Source: Promethearchaeota archaeon
Lineage (GTDB): Archaea; Asgardarchaeota; Lokiarchaeia; Sigyniarchaeales; SOKP01
Direction of reading: 5' to 3'
Length of the DNA: 64,000 nucleotides
NCBI GenBank assembly: GCA_016839555.1
Contig: JAEOUA010000003.1
Span: 1 to 64,000, forward strand
The notes below the pieces were generated by a model, which made no database searches, was not told the DNA's origin, and worked only from the letters and a program-made list of their open reading frames with translations. Each line of letters starts with the position of its first letter. Position 1 is the stretch's first letter. Below are positions 1-10,719 of the stretch, in pieces. The position numbers and the translations under genes were made by a program.

Positions 1-201
1 AGAAAATTAAGGAAATTATTTGATCGCTGGATAGAGCAGCATCAATCTCATAAAGACACATATACAAAATGGCGAGATATTGCTAAAACAAAGAATTTAG
101 TTCCCTTAGTAAATAAATTAAATTCTGTTATACCATCGATGGAAGAACATATTGAAATCCTAATAAATACCAAAAATATGTTACATACAGCAGTTTTTTA
201 A
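1..201 (+). CDS. 3' end of a small helical protein, possibly metal-binding (5' end outside window)
   Basis: Frame 1 is open from base 1 to TAA at 199-201: RKLRKLFDRWIEQHQSHKDTYTKWRDIAK...HTAVF*. The W-I-E-x-H-x-x-H pattern resembles small His-containing helical proteins. Confidence 0.6.
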   Translation, partial: RKLRKLFDRWIEQHQSHKDTYTKWRDIAKTKNLVPLVNKLNSVIPSMEEHIEILINTKNMLHTAVF

Positions 202-325
202 ACAGCTTATTGTCTTTTTGCATCCAAAAATTTTATTAAAAGATGATTATTTCCGAAAAAAACAAGAGTAGTATTTAAAATCTTTTCTTGAATTGTCAAA
301 CTATTGCAAAAAAAATCTATTATAA

Positions 326-501
326 ATTAATAATAAGAATGAAAATAAGATAACATATAGAATTTTCTATTTGTAAATAAAAAAAGGCAATTATTTTGGG
401 AGTTCGTGCTTCCTTAATCATAAATCTTTATTATGGCATCTTCTATATTTTGTAACCCTAACTTGATTCAATGCGCCACATTCTCGGCAAACGCTTTTCA
501 T
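326..501. repeat. Direct repeat copy 1 of the rpl40e 3' half and downstream flank (copy 2 at 2606-2780)
   Basis: 391-501 vs 2670-2780: 98/111 identical by manual alignment. The flank ATTAAtAATAAGAATGAAAAtAAGA (326-350) matches 2606-2630. Confidence 0.9.
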
Positions 502-504
502 CAT
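391..504 (-). pseudogene. rpl40e: Truncated, decayed ribosomal protein L40e copy
   Basis: Translates [36 protein letters not shown]. It lacks the N-terminal ~16 aa, has a Zn-ligand Cys changed to Tyr, and has an internal TGA at 418-420. Confidence 0.9.
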
Positions 505-687
505 TTTTTTTTTGTAGACACATTATAGGCTTCCTTCATTAGTAAAAACCTTTATAGATCACTCCTTATTTTTAGATAGGAGTCCTAATAACAATTTATA
601 GATAAAAATTTAGCCTTCATTAAAAATTAGAATAAAGAACAATTGTTAAAAAGTTATGGATTAATAATGTAAACGATATTTCTATTA

Positions 688-1674
688 TTAAATTTCTTTG
701 AGAAGAATAATAAAGTTGCTTCCTTGTTTATGATCTCCTTCTACCCTATTCTTAACCCTGATTTGTCCGCCATAGGCATTAATTATTTTTTTCACAAGAA
801 ATAGACCGAGCCCCATACCCGTTGTATTTTTATTTTTTTCATAATTTTTTTCAAATATAATTCTTTTTCTTTCATCGCTAATACCATAACCGTTATCCTT
901 AAATTCAATTTTAATGAAAGATTCTCCTTCCTTTTGAATTTTATAAAAATTAATCCATAATTTTATGTTTTCATTATTATTATGGATGCAACTGTTTAAT
1001 AAGATGTTTTCAAATGCATCTATCAAGAGATTACCACCTTCCACATTTATTATTCCTTGTGGGAAATTAGTTTTTATATTCACCTCTTTTTCTTGAAATC
1101 GAGAATATATATGCTCAATTGCATTTTCTAGCGTGCTTTTGACATCAATAGATGTGCCTTTTTCTCCCTGTTCTACCTTTGAAAATTTCTGTATATTCGA
1201 GATTAAAGACGTACCTCTTTCTACTTGTTTTATTATGATCTTCATCATTCCTTCCTTTATATCTGACTTTGTTTGATCGTACTTCCATATTTCCATCAAT
1301 TCAGCGGAAGATTTAATAATGCTAAGTATATTAGCCAGATCATGGGCAAGTAAATCCTTATAGAAATCTGATTTAGATAAAGCTTCTTTAATCCTTTCTT
1401 CTAATACACTAACAAATCCTATAACAAATACCAATGCGATAAGAAACATACTAAAGGTCTCACCTATCGCATCCCAATCAAGAACCCCTTGAGAGAACCC
1501 CCACTTGTACAATATATTTCCCAAAGCATACATAAAACCGCCAAACATTATCAAAAAGAAAAATATGTAAGTTAAAGTTCTTTCTCTATAATAAAGGATT
1601 AAAACCAATGCAATACATATCACAAATAATATAGCTCCGATCAAGTTTAAGTAACCATCTCTTAAATCTGCCAT
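688..1674 (-). CDS. Membrane sensor histidine kinase (3 TM + HisKA + HATPase_c)
   Basis: H-box YKDLLAHDLANILS, N-box ENILLNSCIHN, G1 DNGYGI, G2 GMGLGL; hydrophobic N-terminus. Confidence 0.9.
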   Translation of the reverse strand: MADLRDGYLNLIGAILFVICIALVLILYYRERTLTYIFFFLIMFGGFMYALGNILYKWGFSQGVLDWDAIGETFSMFLIALVFVIGFVSVLEERIKEALSKSDFYKDLLAHDLANILSIIKSSAELMEIWKYDQTKSDIKEGMMKIIIKQVERGTSLISNIQKFSKVEQGEKGTSIDVKSTLENAIEHIYSRFQEKEVNIKTNFPQGIINVEGGNLLIDAFENILLNSCIHNNNENIKLWINFYKIQKEGESFIKIEFKDNGYGISDERKRIIFEKNYEKNKNTTGMGLGLFLVKKIINAYGGQIRVKNRVEGDHKQGSNFIILLKEI

Positions 1675-1714
1675 TTCAACTAATAACAGTTATACTCCAC
1701 CTCTTCTAATACTT

Positions 1715-2005
1715 TCACGTGACTTTTATATATTTTGAATAATATTCATAGAAAATTCCAAGTGTAAAGCATATTGCGCTTAATAGGATAAATATATGTT
1801 CAAATAGATTAAATATCTCCGCTAAATTGGTCTCTACAACACCTTCTATATTAGTAAATAGAAAAACAAACCAAAGACACAAAACTCCAGGAAAATATTT
1901 TATTAATGATTTCTGAAGAATCATAGAGACAATAAATATAAACACACCTATAGAGATCATAATTAGACAGACAAATTCCCCAACATCTACAGCTTCTATT
2001 GTCAT
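1715..2005 (-). CDS. Small 3-TM membrane protein, probably co-transcribed with the kinase
   Basis: Three hydrophobic segments; same strand, 40 bp upstream of the kinase. Confidence 0.65.
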   Translation of the reverse strand: MTIEAVDVGEFVCLIMISIGVFIFIVSMILQKSLIKYFPGVLCLWFVFLFTNIEGVVETNLAEIFNLFEHIFILLSAICFTLGIFYEYYSKYIKVT

Positions 2006-2289
2006 TTTTTTTATTAATTATGAATTTATTCAGTAGTTTCTTTTATTTCATTAGACTTTATTAAATAAATAGTTCAAAATTAAATAAGTTTTATCCTATA
2101 AGTTCAAACATATATAATCTTTTGAATTAGTAATTTTCAATCAAAATAGCTACATATTATAAGGCATCATGAAAAATATTTCTTTCTTTCTTATATATGA
2201 TGCCTCTTACCGTAAAAAAGCATGTCTCCTTTGAAAAATTAGAAGAATCGTATAAAAAAGCTAAAAAAAATACTGCCTTTTCTCTTTGT

Positions 2290-2470
2290 ATGTAAGAAAT
2301 ATCCTTTGGGGGTAATCCGTAATAGGTTAATGTAATATTTCCAGTAACCATCACATTTAATTCATCGTGAACTCGTTCTCCCAATCTTTATTCGACGATT
2401 ATAGTAAGGTTATTATCCCCCAAGGAAAATTCATCGACATCGATAATGTGAACGCCCAAACTCCACGATT
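2290..2470 (-). pseudogene. Remnant of a beta-rich (Ig-like) surface protein domain
   Basis: Reads VLGVHIIDVDEFSLGDNNLTIIVE*RLGERVHDELNVMVTG through a TAA at 2388-2390; beta-sandwich-like pattern. Confidence 0.4.
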
Positions 2471-2605
2471 GATTACTAAGACCCGTCATTGGATTAAGAT
2501 CATTTATAAACTAATTAAGAGTAAAGGAAAGCAAATATAAATAATTTATAATTAAAGCTATTTTATGTAAAATATTTTATTAGCCCCAAAAAATTATTTT
2601 GATTC

Positions 2606-2780
2606 ATTAACAATAAGAATGAAAACAAGAGATAGCCTGAACCTATATGCATTTATCTAATAAAAGGAGTTATTTTGGGAGTTCGCGCTTCTTTAATCGT
2701 AGATCTTTACTATGGCATCTTCTACATTTTTTAGCCTTAACTGGATTCAAAGCGCCACAATTTCGGCAAACGCTTTTCAT
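2606..2780. repeat. Direct repeat copy 2 (within and after the intact rpl40e)
   Basis: See copy 1 at 326-501; offset about 2280 bp. Confidence 0.9.
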
Positions 2781-2831
2781 TAGAAGATGATGGCGGGCAA
2801 TTTTTTTCTTGAATGGATCATCTAGCGGCAT
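2670..2831 (-). CDS. rpl40e: 50S ribosomal protein L40e (not in ORF track)
   Basis: [53 protein letters not shown], with CxxC...CRRC zinc ribbon; 53 aa. Confidence 0.97.
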   Translation of the reverse strand: MPLDDPFKKKIARHHLLMKSVCRNCGALNPVKAKKCRRCHSKDLRLKKRELPK

Positions 2832-3062
2832 ACTAATTATTCTACTACTCGTTTTATTGAAATTTAATATTTTATATTATCATAAATGTAAATTATCATA
2901 AAAATTTACACAAATTTTCGTGTTCAAGACCAGAAAACTTTATTTTATATCTTATAGAATTTAATCTCTAAAGAAAATTTATTGGGAATAATTGATTTTT
3001 ATAAATGTTAAAATTAAAATTTGATAAAAAATAGATAATTAATAAAAGGTAATACACTCAAA

Positions 3063-3257
3063 ATGCCTAAGGAAATATTTTCCGAGGAACAGTTTCTAGA
3101 ATTATCCGAGAGAGCAATTCATTGTCGTGTTAAGAGAATAAAGGACGTCGTTAAATTAAAATTACGAACGAAAAAATATTTATATACTTTTAAAGCGGAG
3201 CCGACAACCGCGGAAAAATTATTAAGTCAAATCAATTGCGATGTAATAGAGCTCTAA
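3063..3257 (+). CDS. rpl38e: 50S ribosomal protein L38e
   Basis: MPKEI...FLE...VKLKLRTKKYLYT is the L38e signature. Confidence 0.93.
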   Translation: MPKEIFSEEQFLELSERAIHCRVKRIKDVVKLKLRTKKYLYTFKAEPTTAEKLLSQINCDVIEL

Positions 3258-3303
3258 AAAAAATATCGTATTATTTATCATATCTAATAATTGGTTTTGT
3301 AAA

Positions 3304-3813
3304 ATGAATTTTCTACCTGCTTGTGAGACTTGTATTAAGACTGGATTTCTCTGTGTCAGATGTCAAGAGAAATTTGATGAGGGAGAAATTACTCCATTTG
3401 AATTAGATTTAGCAAAAGATTTTATTGAATTGGAGGAGAATGGTAAATTTCCATACTTAAGTGAGATTTCGTTTTATAAAGCAATTGATTATCAAGATGT
3501 TGTTATTTTAATAGTAGGAAAAGGAGATAAAATAAAAATCACGCAAAAATTACTTAATTGGATTAAAGATGTATACGAAATCGATCAGCTTATTTTAATC
3601 GAAAAAACTAATCAACCACGTCCAGTTGTTGAGGCCCTTATTGCACCAGCGAGAATAATATCTTTAAACGAAATATTCCTCGCTACTGGTGATCTCGAAT
3701 ATAAAGCAGTTATAAATAAACAGGATAAAAATAGAATACTATTTACGAAAACAGAGTTAGAAGAATTAGTAGAGGAGATTAGTGGGCAAAAAATTCGAAT
3801 AGAATTTATCTAA
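3304..3813 (+). CDS. Archaeal NusA-like KH-domain protein with N-terminal Zn finger
   Basis: LPACETCIKTGFLCVRC N-terminus; lies between L38e and Pth2 in a typical archaeal cluster. Confidence 0.75.
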   Translation: MNFLPACETCIKTGFLCVRCQEKFDEGEITPFELDLAKDFIELEENGKFPYLSEISFYKAIDYQDVVILIVGKGDKIKITQKLLNWIKDVYEIDQLILIEKTNQPRPVVEALIAPARIISLNEIFLATGDLEYKAVINKQDKNRILFTKTELEELVEEISGQKIRIEFI

Positions 3814-3906
3814 TATCTTTCCCTAATTTTTAAATAATACACTTTATCATTTAAATCCTATTTTAGATACTTACTTAATTTAAATTAAATTATTCATAAA
3901 GATTAT

Positions 3907-4299
3907 TTGGAATCCTTTTTTATAATATTTGGGTTATTTCAATTGGAAGAGTTAAAACAAGTCATCATAATCCGAACGGATTTAGGGATGAGTACCGGAA
4001 AAAAATGTGCCCAAGCGTGTCATGCCAGTATAAGTGCTTCAAATGTAGTAAGAAGAAGAAATAAAAGCGCATGGAAAGCATGGATTAATTCCGGACAAAA
4101 AAAGATCATCTTAAAGGTTGGGTCACTAGAAGAGTTATATGTAATTCAGGAGCAATTAAAAAAAGAAGATATCTCGAGTTCATTAATTAATGATGCTGGT
4201 TTAACTCAATTGCCTCCGGGAACTGCTACAGCATTAGGAATAGGTCCCGTGTTGTCTGAAAAAGTTGATAAAATAACAGGAAATTTAAAGCTTTTGTGA
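3907..4299 (+). CDS. pth2: Peptidyl-tRNA hydrolase Pth2 (true start may be TTG near 3943)
   Basis: KQVIIIRTDLGMSTGKKCAQACHA, GQKKIILKV, DAGLTQ, TALGIGP. Confidence 0.95.
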   Translation: MESFFIIFGLFQLEELKQVIIIRTDLGMSTGKKCAQACHASISASNVVRRRNKSAWKAWINSGQKKIILKVGSLEELYVIQEQLKKEDISSSLINDAGLTQLPPGTATALGIGPVLSEKVDKITGNLKLL

Positions 4300-4314
4300 G
4301 TTTGAGTTCCATCT

Positions 4315-5697
4315 ATGGATTATGACTATAAATTTAAGAATAATGGGGAAAGGGAAGTAGAGCAATTTGTTGGGATAAATGCTTTTAGTACCTTAGATTT
4401 GGATGGGATTGGGGGTGTCTATAAAGATTCGTATAAGGATTTTATCGTTAAAGAAATAACTGAAACTGGAAAGATTATAGAGCTAAAAGAAGACAGAGAC
4501 TCCACTCCCTTTTTATATAGGAGAGATAAATATACTACCTTTAATTTAATAAAAGTAAATAGAGACACTTTTAATGCGCTAGATGAATTATGTAAAGCAC
4601 TCAAAATATCTAAATGGCAAGTTTCTTACTCCGGCTTAAAGGATAAATGCTCAATAAGTGCTCAGAAAGTTTCTATTCAAGGAAATTATATTAGTGAGCT
4701 GAATAATTTAAACGTAAAGGATATTTTTATTAGATCAATAAGGCCTTCCAAAAAACCAGCGTTGCTTGGGAGTAATAGGGGTAATAATTTTGTAATTACG
4801 ATTAGAAAGATTGAAGACCGAAAGAATTTGGAAGAAAATTTGAGTGAGATATTAGATCGATTAAGAAAAAAGGGATTTCCAAATTATTTTGGATTACAAC
4901 GATTTGGCACCTATCGCCCCAATTCACATCTAATTGGCAGATATTTATTAGAAGGAAATTATGAACAAGCTTTTAGAGAATTCGTATCTACTATTTATTC
5001 AACAGAAAGCAAAAATCTCTCAAAAATTCGTTATAGACTAGGAAAATCATTAAATGATGTAGATAAGCTTAAGGAGAGATATAAATCGTTTCCGAAGAGT
5101 TTAGTGTATGAATGCCGGTTAATAGAATATCTAATAGATCATCCTAAAGATTATAAAGGTACTTTTCATCAATTAAATGAAGAAATAATTAATTTAATAA
5201 TCAATGCCTTTCAATCTTATATTTTTAATAAATTGATTTCTTTACGAGTCAAAAAAGGTATTTCCTTATTTAAGCCCACTAAGGGAGATATTATTAGTAT
5301 TCTCGATGACATAAATGGTCATACGACAAATGCAACATATCTTTATGGAAACCATTATGATAAATATTTAGAGGAGGTTATAGATTTAAATCGGGCATCC
5401 ATTGTTGTTCCTTTAATAGGATATGATACAAATTTAAATGATTTTCCACTTATGAAGAAATTATTCACGCACATAATGAAAGAAGAGAATCTCAAACCAG
5501 AAATTTTTAATAGTAAATTACTTGATGATTTTAATTTAAATGGCTCGTTCAGAGCAATGATGACAATACCTATCGGATTAAATTTAATTGAATTAACTGA
5601 TGATGATAAATTTAAAGGAAAGAAAAAAGTAAAAATTGAGTTTTCTTTAAATAAAGGTTGCTATGCAACCATGCTTCTCAGAGAATTAATTAAATAA
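4315..5697 (+). CDS. truD: tRNA pseudouridine(13) synthase TruD
   Basis: DFIVKE, SGLKDK, GNNFVITIR, FPNYFGLQRFG, FSLNKGCYATMLLRE. Confidence 0.95.
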   Translation: MDYDYKFKNNGEREVEQFVGINAFSTLDLDGIGGVYKDSYKDFIVKEITETGKIIELKEDRDSTPFLYRRDKYTTFNLIKVNRDTFNALDELCKALKISKWQVSYSGLKDKCSISAQKVSIQGNYISELNNLNVKDIFIRSIRPSKKPALLGSNRGNNFVITIRKIEDRKNLEENLSEILDRLRKKGFPNYFGLQRFGTYRPNSHLIGRYLLEGNYEQAFREFVSTIYSTESKNLSKIRYRLGKSLNDVDKLKERYKSFPKSLVYECRLIEYLIDHPKDYKGTFHQLNEEIINLIINAFQSYIFNKLISLRVKKGISLFKPTKGDIISILDDINGHTTNATYLYGNHYDKYLEEVIDLNRASIVVPLIGYDTNLNDFPLMKKLFTHIMKEENLKPEIFNSKLLDDFNLNGSFRAMMTIPIGLNLIELTDDDKFKGKKKVKIEFSLNKGCYATMLLRELIK

Positions 5698-5723
5698 TAT
5701 TACCAAAAAAAATATTATATACT

Positions 5724-7256
5724 TTAAGTCCTTAAAATAATTGATACTTTTTTAGTAGTTTCAAATCCAAAAATATCGATAATTTTTACTAATATATCTA
5801 TATTATTTTTTCTAGCTTTATCATAGTAATACCATCCAGTATTAAATCTCATTTTCCGCGTCTTAGGTGTTCTAAGAGAAATCCATTGGGGGACAAATTC
5901 ATTGTTATTATAATTAAAGTCTACAGCAAAGTAATCAATTGAATCTTTCCAATCGCTTATTTTTGTTCTAATTTTTTTATTTAATTCTTTGAAATACGGG
6001 AAAAAATAGCCTTCTAGAGAGAGTTTTATTCTATTATCATCTCTATTTACATTAATTTTCAAATTTGATTTTTCATTCTTTTTGGAGTTGGTTTTTTTAT
6101 TATTAATAAGAAATAATTCCGGGATTTTACCTTTATGCTCATCGCTCATGAAACTATATACCTCAAATGAATTCGAAAATTTTCCATAAAATTCATCCCA
6201 ATTTAATATATCATTGCTATGTTGTAAATTAAGCAATCTTTTTATTGTTGTGTTTATCGCATACCAATTCAGATCACATCCAATCCATCTCCTGTTTAAT
6301 TTTTCAGACACAGCTAGAGTTGTTCCAGTACCGCAAAAAAAATCCGCAATAATACTATTTTTATTGCTTGAGGCTAGGATAATTCTTTTTAATAATCGTT
6401 CAGGTTTTTGAGTGGAAAATCCTTGATATTCTAGCGTATTAGCTCTAATATAAGGAATTTTTGTCCATACATCTCGAGGGAATACACCTTTTTTTTCTAC
6501 ATATACCTTTCTACTTAATTTTTTTCCATCATGACTTCCTCCTCGATAATAAAAGTATCCCTTTTCATCCTTTTGCACAGCATTTTTGACTCTTTTAGAA
6601 TAATCCATATAGATATTCGGATCATCATTGAATATATAATCATCCGATTTAGTATAAAAGAGGATTGAATCATAGGACCTTACATAGAATCTTTTGGTTT
6701 GAGCGGAGGCGGCAGGATAATACCAGATGATTTCATTTCTAAAATTTTCGAGACCAAAAATCTGATCCATTATTAATTTAATATAATGACTAATATGCCA
6801 ATCTACATGGACATAAATAGAACCTTTTTCTGATAATAATTTTTTCATTAAACAGAGGCGCTCATATATAAAATCTAAATATGAATCTATGCCATTATTC
6901 CATTTATCGTTATATGCTATTTTTTTAAAGCTTTTGTTTGAAGTTCCTATGAAAACTTTGTGATAAAACTCAGAATTTGTAAAAAATGGGGGATCAATAT
7001 AAATTAGATCTATTTTTTCTTCAAATTTTTTTAATAAATATTGTAAAATTTCTAAGTTATCACCCCAAATTAATTTATTAATCCAATTTTCTTTAATCTT
7101 CTTAAGAAAATTTAAAAACTCATTATTTTTTAGGAAGTTTTGATCTATAAACTTATTAATAATTTTAGGGCAAATTAAATCAGAATAATTTGACCAGCTT
7201 TCAACCGATACTTTATTTGAAATTTGTTTCTGCTTTTTCCATTTTAATTTTACCAT
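5724..7256 (-). CDS. Adenine-specific DNA methyltransferase (beta class, type III Mod-like), orphan
   Basis: Motif IV IYIDPPF precedes motif I DFFCGTGTT; also TQKPERLLKRII. Confidence 0.9.
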   Translation of the reverse strand: MVKLKWKKQKQISNKVSVESWSNYSDLICPKIINKFIDQNFLKNNEFLNFLKKIKENWINKLIWGDNLEILQYLLKKFEEKIDLIYIDPPFFTNSEFYHKVFIGTSNKSFKKIAYNDKWNNGIDSYLDFIYERLCLMKKLLSEKGSIYVHVDWHISHYIKLIMDQIFGLENFRNEIIWYYPAASAQTKRFYVRSYDSILFYTKSDDYIFNDDPNIYMDYSKRVKNAVQKDEKGYFYYRGGSHDGKKLSRKVYVEKKGVFPRDVWTKIPYIRANTLEYQGFSTQKPERLLKRIILASSNKNSIIADFFCGTGTTLAVSEKLNRRWIGCDLNWYAINTTIKRLLNLQHSNDILNWDEFYGKFSNSFEVYSFMSDEHKGKIPELFLINNKKTNSKKNEKSNLKINVNRDDNRIKLSLEGYFFPYFKELNKKIRTKISDWKDSIDYFAVDFNYNNNEFVPQWISLRTPKTRKMRFNTGWYYYDKARKNNIDILVKIIDIFGFETTKKVSIILRT

Positions 7257-7342
7257 ATATATTACTAATAATTAGCCAAAAGATTTAATTTTATTAAGTA
7301 TTTTTTCATTTAAATTAGAATACTATTAGTTATAATAAGAAT

Positions 7343-8662
7343 ATGTCAGATGATTTAAGCGATTGGAGAAAAACTCACTATACAGTTGATGTCTCTGCTG
7401 AAATGGAAGGGGAGGAAATAATTCTTGGTGGATGGGTTCGCAATTGGAGAGACTTAGGTGGCTTAAAATTTATCAATCTTCAAGATAAATATGGAGAGCG
7501 CCAAATTACCATAAAGAAAGGGGTTGTATCAGACGAATTATTTGAAAAAACAGATTTCAGATACCAGTATTGTATTATGGTGAAAGGTAAGGTCAAAGCC
7601 TTCAAAAAAGCTCCTGGTGGGGTAGAAATAATACCCTCAGAGTTAAAAATATTAAATAAAACTCCCGAAAAGCTCCCAATTGATATGACTGGTGAAAGCA
7701 TAAGTGCTTTAGATTTAAGATTGGATAATAGAGCATTAGATTTGCGATCTCTCAGAAATCAAGCAATCTTTAGAATAAGAGGGCAGGTTTTAAGGTCTAT
7801 TAGACTATTTTTATTTGAACGCGATTTTACAGAAATAACTACCCCCAAAATCATAGGATCTGCTACAGAGGGAGGGACCGAATTATTTCCTATTATGTAT
7901 TTTGATAGAGAAGCTTTTCTAACTCAATCTGCGCAATTATATAAAGAACAATTGAGTGGGGTTTATGAGCGAGTATTTGAATTAAGTCCTTGTTTCCGAG
8001 CTGAAAAGAGCCATACAAAACGACATTTATGTGAGATATTTATGTTAGATATTGAGATGGCTTTTGCCGATATGTCGGATGTATTAAAAATATTAGAAGA
8101 ATTAATCTATAATGTTATAAAGGATATCAGAGAATATGAGTGGGAATCTCTTAAATTTTTGAATATGGAAAAGATTACAACATTACCAGAAGTTCCCTTT
8201 CCTAGATATAAATATGAGGAAATTGTTGAATTAATTAATAATAATTTTAAAATACCTATAGAATTTGGAGAAGATATTCCCACAGAAGCTTATAGACAAT
8301 TAGAAGAAGAATTGCCGGGTTATTACTATATTACGCATTGGCCAATGGAAATTAAACCTTTTTATATTATGCCCTCCGAAGATCCAAAATATAGTGAATC
8401 TTTTGACTTGCAAAAAGGATGGTTGGAACTTTGTTCAGGTGGGACTCGGGTTCATGATAAAGAGATGTTAATGAGAGCATTAGAAGATAAAGGTTTGAAT
8501 CCAGAATCATTTAAGTCTCATCTAAATATTTTCGATTACGGATTACCTCCGCATGCTGGAATGGGATTAGGTATTGCGAGATGGGTAGCAATTCTATGTG
8601 GCTTAGAGGACGTTAGAGAAGCTGTAATGTATCCCAGGACTCCAGACAGATTACAACCATAA
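7343..8662 (+). CDS. aspS: Archaeal aspartyl-tRNA synthetase, probably non-discriminating
   Basis: GWVR..RDLGG, TEGGTELF, FRAEKSHTKRH, GLPPHAGMGLG, YPRTPDRL; Pro in the KAPGGVEI loop. Confidence 0.95.
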   Translation: MSDDLSDWRKTHYTVDVSAEMEGEEIILGGWVRNWRDLGGLKFINLQDKYGERQITIKKGVVSDELFEKTDFRYQYCIMVKGKVKAFKKAPGGVEIIPSELKILNKTPEKLPIDMTGESISALDLRLDNRALDLRSLRNQAIFRIRGQVLRSIRLFLFERDFTEITTPKIIGSATEGGTELFPIMYFDREAFLTQSAQLYKEQLSGVYERVFELSPCFRAEKSHTKRHLCEIFMLDIEMAFADMSDVLKILEELIYNVIKDIREYEWESLKFLNMEKITTLPEVPFPRYKYEEIVELINNNFKIPIEFGEDIPTEAYRQLEEELPGYYYITHWPMEIKPFYIMPSEDPKYSESFDLQKGWLELCSGGTRVHDKEMLMRALEDKGLNPESFKSHLNIFDYGLPPHAGMGLGIARWVAILCGLEDVREAVMYPRTPDRLQP

Positions 8663-8706
8663 TTCTAATTAATATATTATTTGAAATAAATTATTTTTAT
8701 AAACTT

Positions 8707-9621
8707 ATGTCAGAAGAAGTAATTAATAATTATATTAAGGCTGGAAAAGCTCTTGTTAAAGCAAAAGAACTAGCTAAAAAAATAACCAAACCGGGAGTTC
8801 CATTCCTAGAAATCGCTGAAAAATGCGAAGCAAAAATTATAAATAATGGAGCTGAATTGTCCTTTCCAATAAATATTTCTTTAGATGATATTGCCGCACA
8901 TTATAGTCCTCCCATTGGGGATAAAACATTAGTCCCTAAAAAAGGTTTATTAAAAATAGATATTGGATCCCATTATAAAGGATATATAGCCGACTCCGCA
9001 ATAACTCTTAATTTAGACGGGGATCCTAATCTTCAAAATTATTGCGAGGCGGCAGAAGAAGCATTAAATGCTGCTATCGCTCGCTTTAAACCAGGAACTA
9101 AATTATTTGAATTGGGAGAGGCGATTGCTAATGAAATTACCAGTAGAGGCTTAAGACCTATTACTAATTTAGGGGGTCATAAATTAGAAAAATATCTCCT
9201 TCATGCGGGAGCTTTTATTCCTAATTTTAGGGAAAAACAACATAATCAAGTACTAAAACCAGGAGATGCCTATGCTTGTGAACCGTTTGCCACTTCTGGA
9301 GCGGGTACGGTTGTTAATGGAAAAGACGCTTATATTTTCCGATTTATAAGAAAAAAAACAAAAAACATTTCTTATGAGCATTTGAACTATATGAATAAGA
9401 TTGAAGAACATTTCAATCATTTACCATTTTCACCACGATGGATCCTCCGAAAAAAAATTATCCCCTTTAAGAAAATCGATAGAATAATAAATGCCTTTTT
9501 AAGAAATAATATAATAGAAAAGTACAATATCTTAATTGAAAGAACTAATGAACCTGTAGCGCAGTTTGAGCATACAATTGTAATAGATAATGATGGAAAT
9601 ACCATCGTAACTACGAATTGA
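8707..9621 (+). CDS. map: Methionine aminopeptidase type II
   Basis: FPINIS..DIAAHY, DIGSHYKGYIADSA, LGGH, CEPF, AQFEHT. Confidence 0.95.
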   Translation: MSEEVINNYIKAGKALVKAKELAKKITKPGVPFLEIAEKCEAKIINNGAELSFPINISLDDIAAHYSPPIGDKTLVPKKGLLKIDIGSHYKGYIADSAITLNLDGDPNLQNYCEAAEEALNAAIARFKPGTKLFELGEAIANEITSRGLRPITNLGGHKLEKYLLHAGAFIPNFREKQHNQVLKPGDAYACEPFATSGAGTVVNGKDAYIFRFIRKKTKNISYEHLNYMNKIEEHFNHLPFSPRWILRKKIIPFKKIDRIINAFLRNNIIEKYNILIERTNEPVAQFEHTIVIDNDGNTIVTTN

Positions 9622-9787
9622 TTACTTTAAAGAGTTTTTGAAGCATATTCATTTATAAATTAAGCGAAAAAATAACTCATTTAAAATTTCTTTCCTATTG
9701 ATAAATTAATATAAAATTCTTCTATAAATTAAATTCCAATAATAATTTTTATTCTCCAATAAAAATAGACATACACGACTAAGAGTT

Positions 9788-10657
9788 ATGGCCCATAAAT
9801 TTGAAGTACAGAACAAGAATAAATTTTTGAAAAACGTTTATATCATTATTTTATGTGCTGGAAAAGGAACGCGATTAAGAAAGATCACTAAGAAAATTCC
9901 TAAACCATTAATAAAAGTTAAGAATTTAGACAATAATCCAATATTATTCTACATTCTCAACTCACTGGTCAAGGCTCAAGTGAAAAATTTCGCAATTATT
10001 ATAGGATATTTGGGTCATAAGATTGCATCATTTATATCATCCTTATCAAAAATAAATCAATTTGAAAATTTGAATATCCAAATAATTGATTCCGAAGGGC
10101 AATATAAACATGGACCTTTATATTCATTTCTCTCCATTCAAAAAAATAATGAAATATTTCAACAAAATAAAGTATATCTCGTGATTCCAGGAGACACAAT
10201 TTTTCAGACTTCCTATTTTCAGCGATTAATTGATTTTATAATAAATAATATTAAAATTCTAAGTAAATATCCTGCTCTGTTTTATCGAACAATCTCTCTA
10301 GAAGATTTACAAAAAGAGTTAGGGTTTGAAGAACAGAAATTAATTTCAACCATAAAAACGAAGCCTTTCCAAAATCAATTTTTAGACAAAATAGTCACGA
10401 AAAAATTGATGGATTATAATAAAGAGAAAAAAATTAATCAAATTTACCCTACATTTCTTTTATCTTATCAAAGTGTCAGAAAAATTATAAATATTACAAA
10501 ATCTTTTGACGGAACTTCAATTAAACAAGTGATAAATTATCTCTGTCGAAGCGGAGATAAAGTCTATGTTAAAAAATTACAAAGAAAATATCTTTTTTAT
10601 GATATTGATAATGATAAAAATCTGGAAAGAGTACAAAAGGAAAAATTAAAAGGCTGA
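9788..10657 (+). CDS. NTP-transferase (sugar-phosphate nucleotidyltransferase family)
   Basis: IILCAGKGTRL...IPKPL, PGD, YDIDN. Confidence 0.8.
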   Translation: MAHKFEVQNKNKFLKNVYIIILCAGKGTRLRKITKKIPKPLIKVKNLDNNPILFYILNSLVKAQVKNFAIIIGYLGHKIASFISSLSKINQFENLNIQIIDSEGQYKHGPLYSFLSIQKNNEIFQQNKVYLVIPGDTIFQTSYFQRLIDFIINNIKILSKYPALFYRTISLEDLQKELGFEEQKLISTIKTKPFQNQFLDKIVTKKLMDYNKEKKINQIYPTFLLSYQSVRKIINITKSFDGTSIKQVINYLCRSGDKVYVKKLQRKYLFYDIDNDKNLERVQKEKLKG

Positions 10658-10719
10658 AAAATTATAAAAAGAAATAGCAAAGATCAGTAAGAAGAAAACC
10701 CGGAAAATAAAGAAAAAAG

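Noticed and set aside
418-420. In-frame TGA in the rpl40e copy as possible Sec
   Set aside because: It aligns to Arg (CGA to TGA) in the intact gene, and the copy has other lesions.
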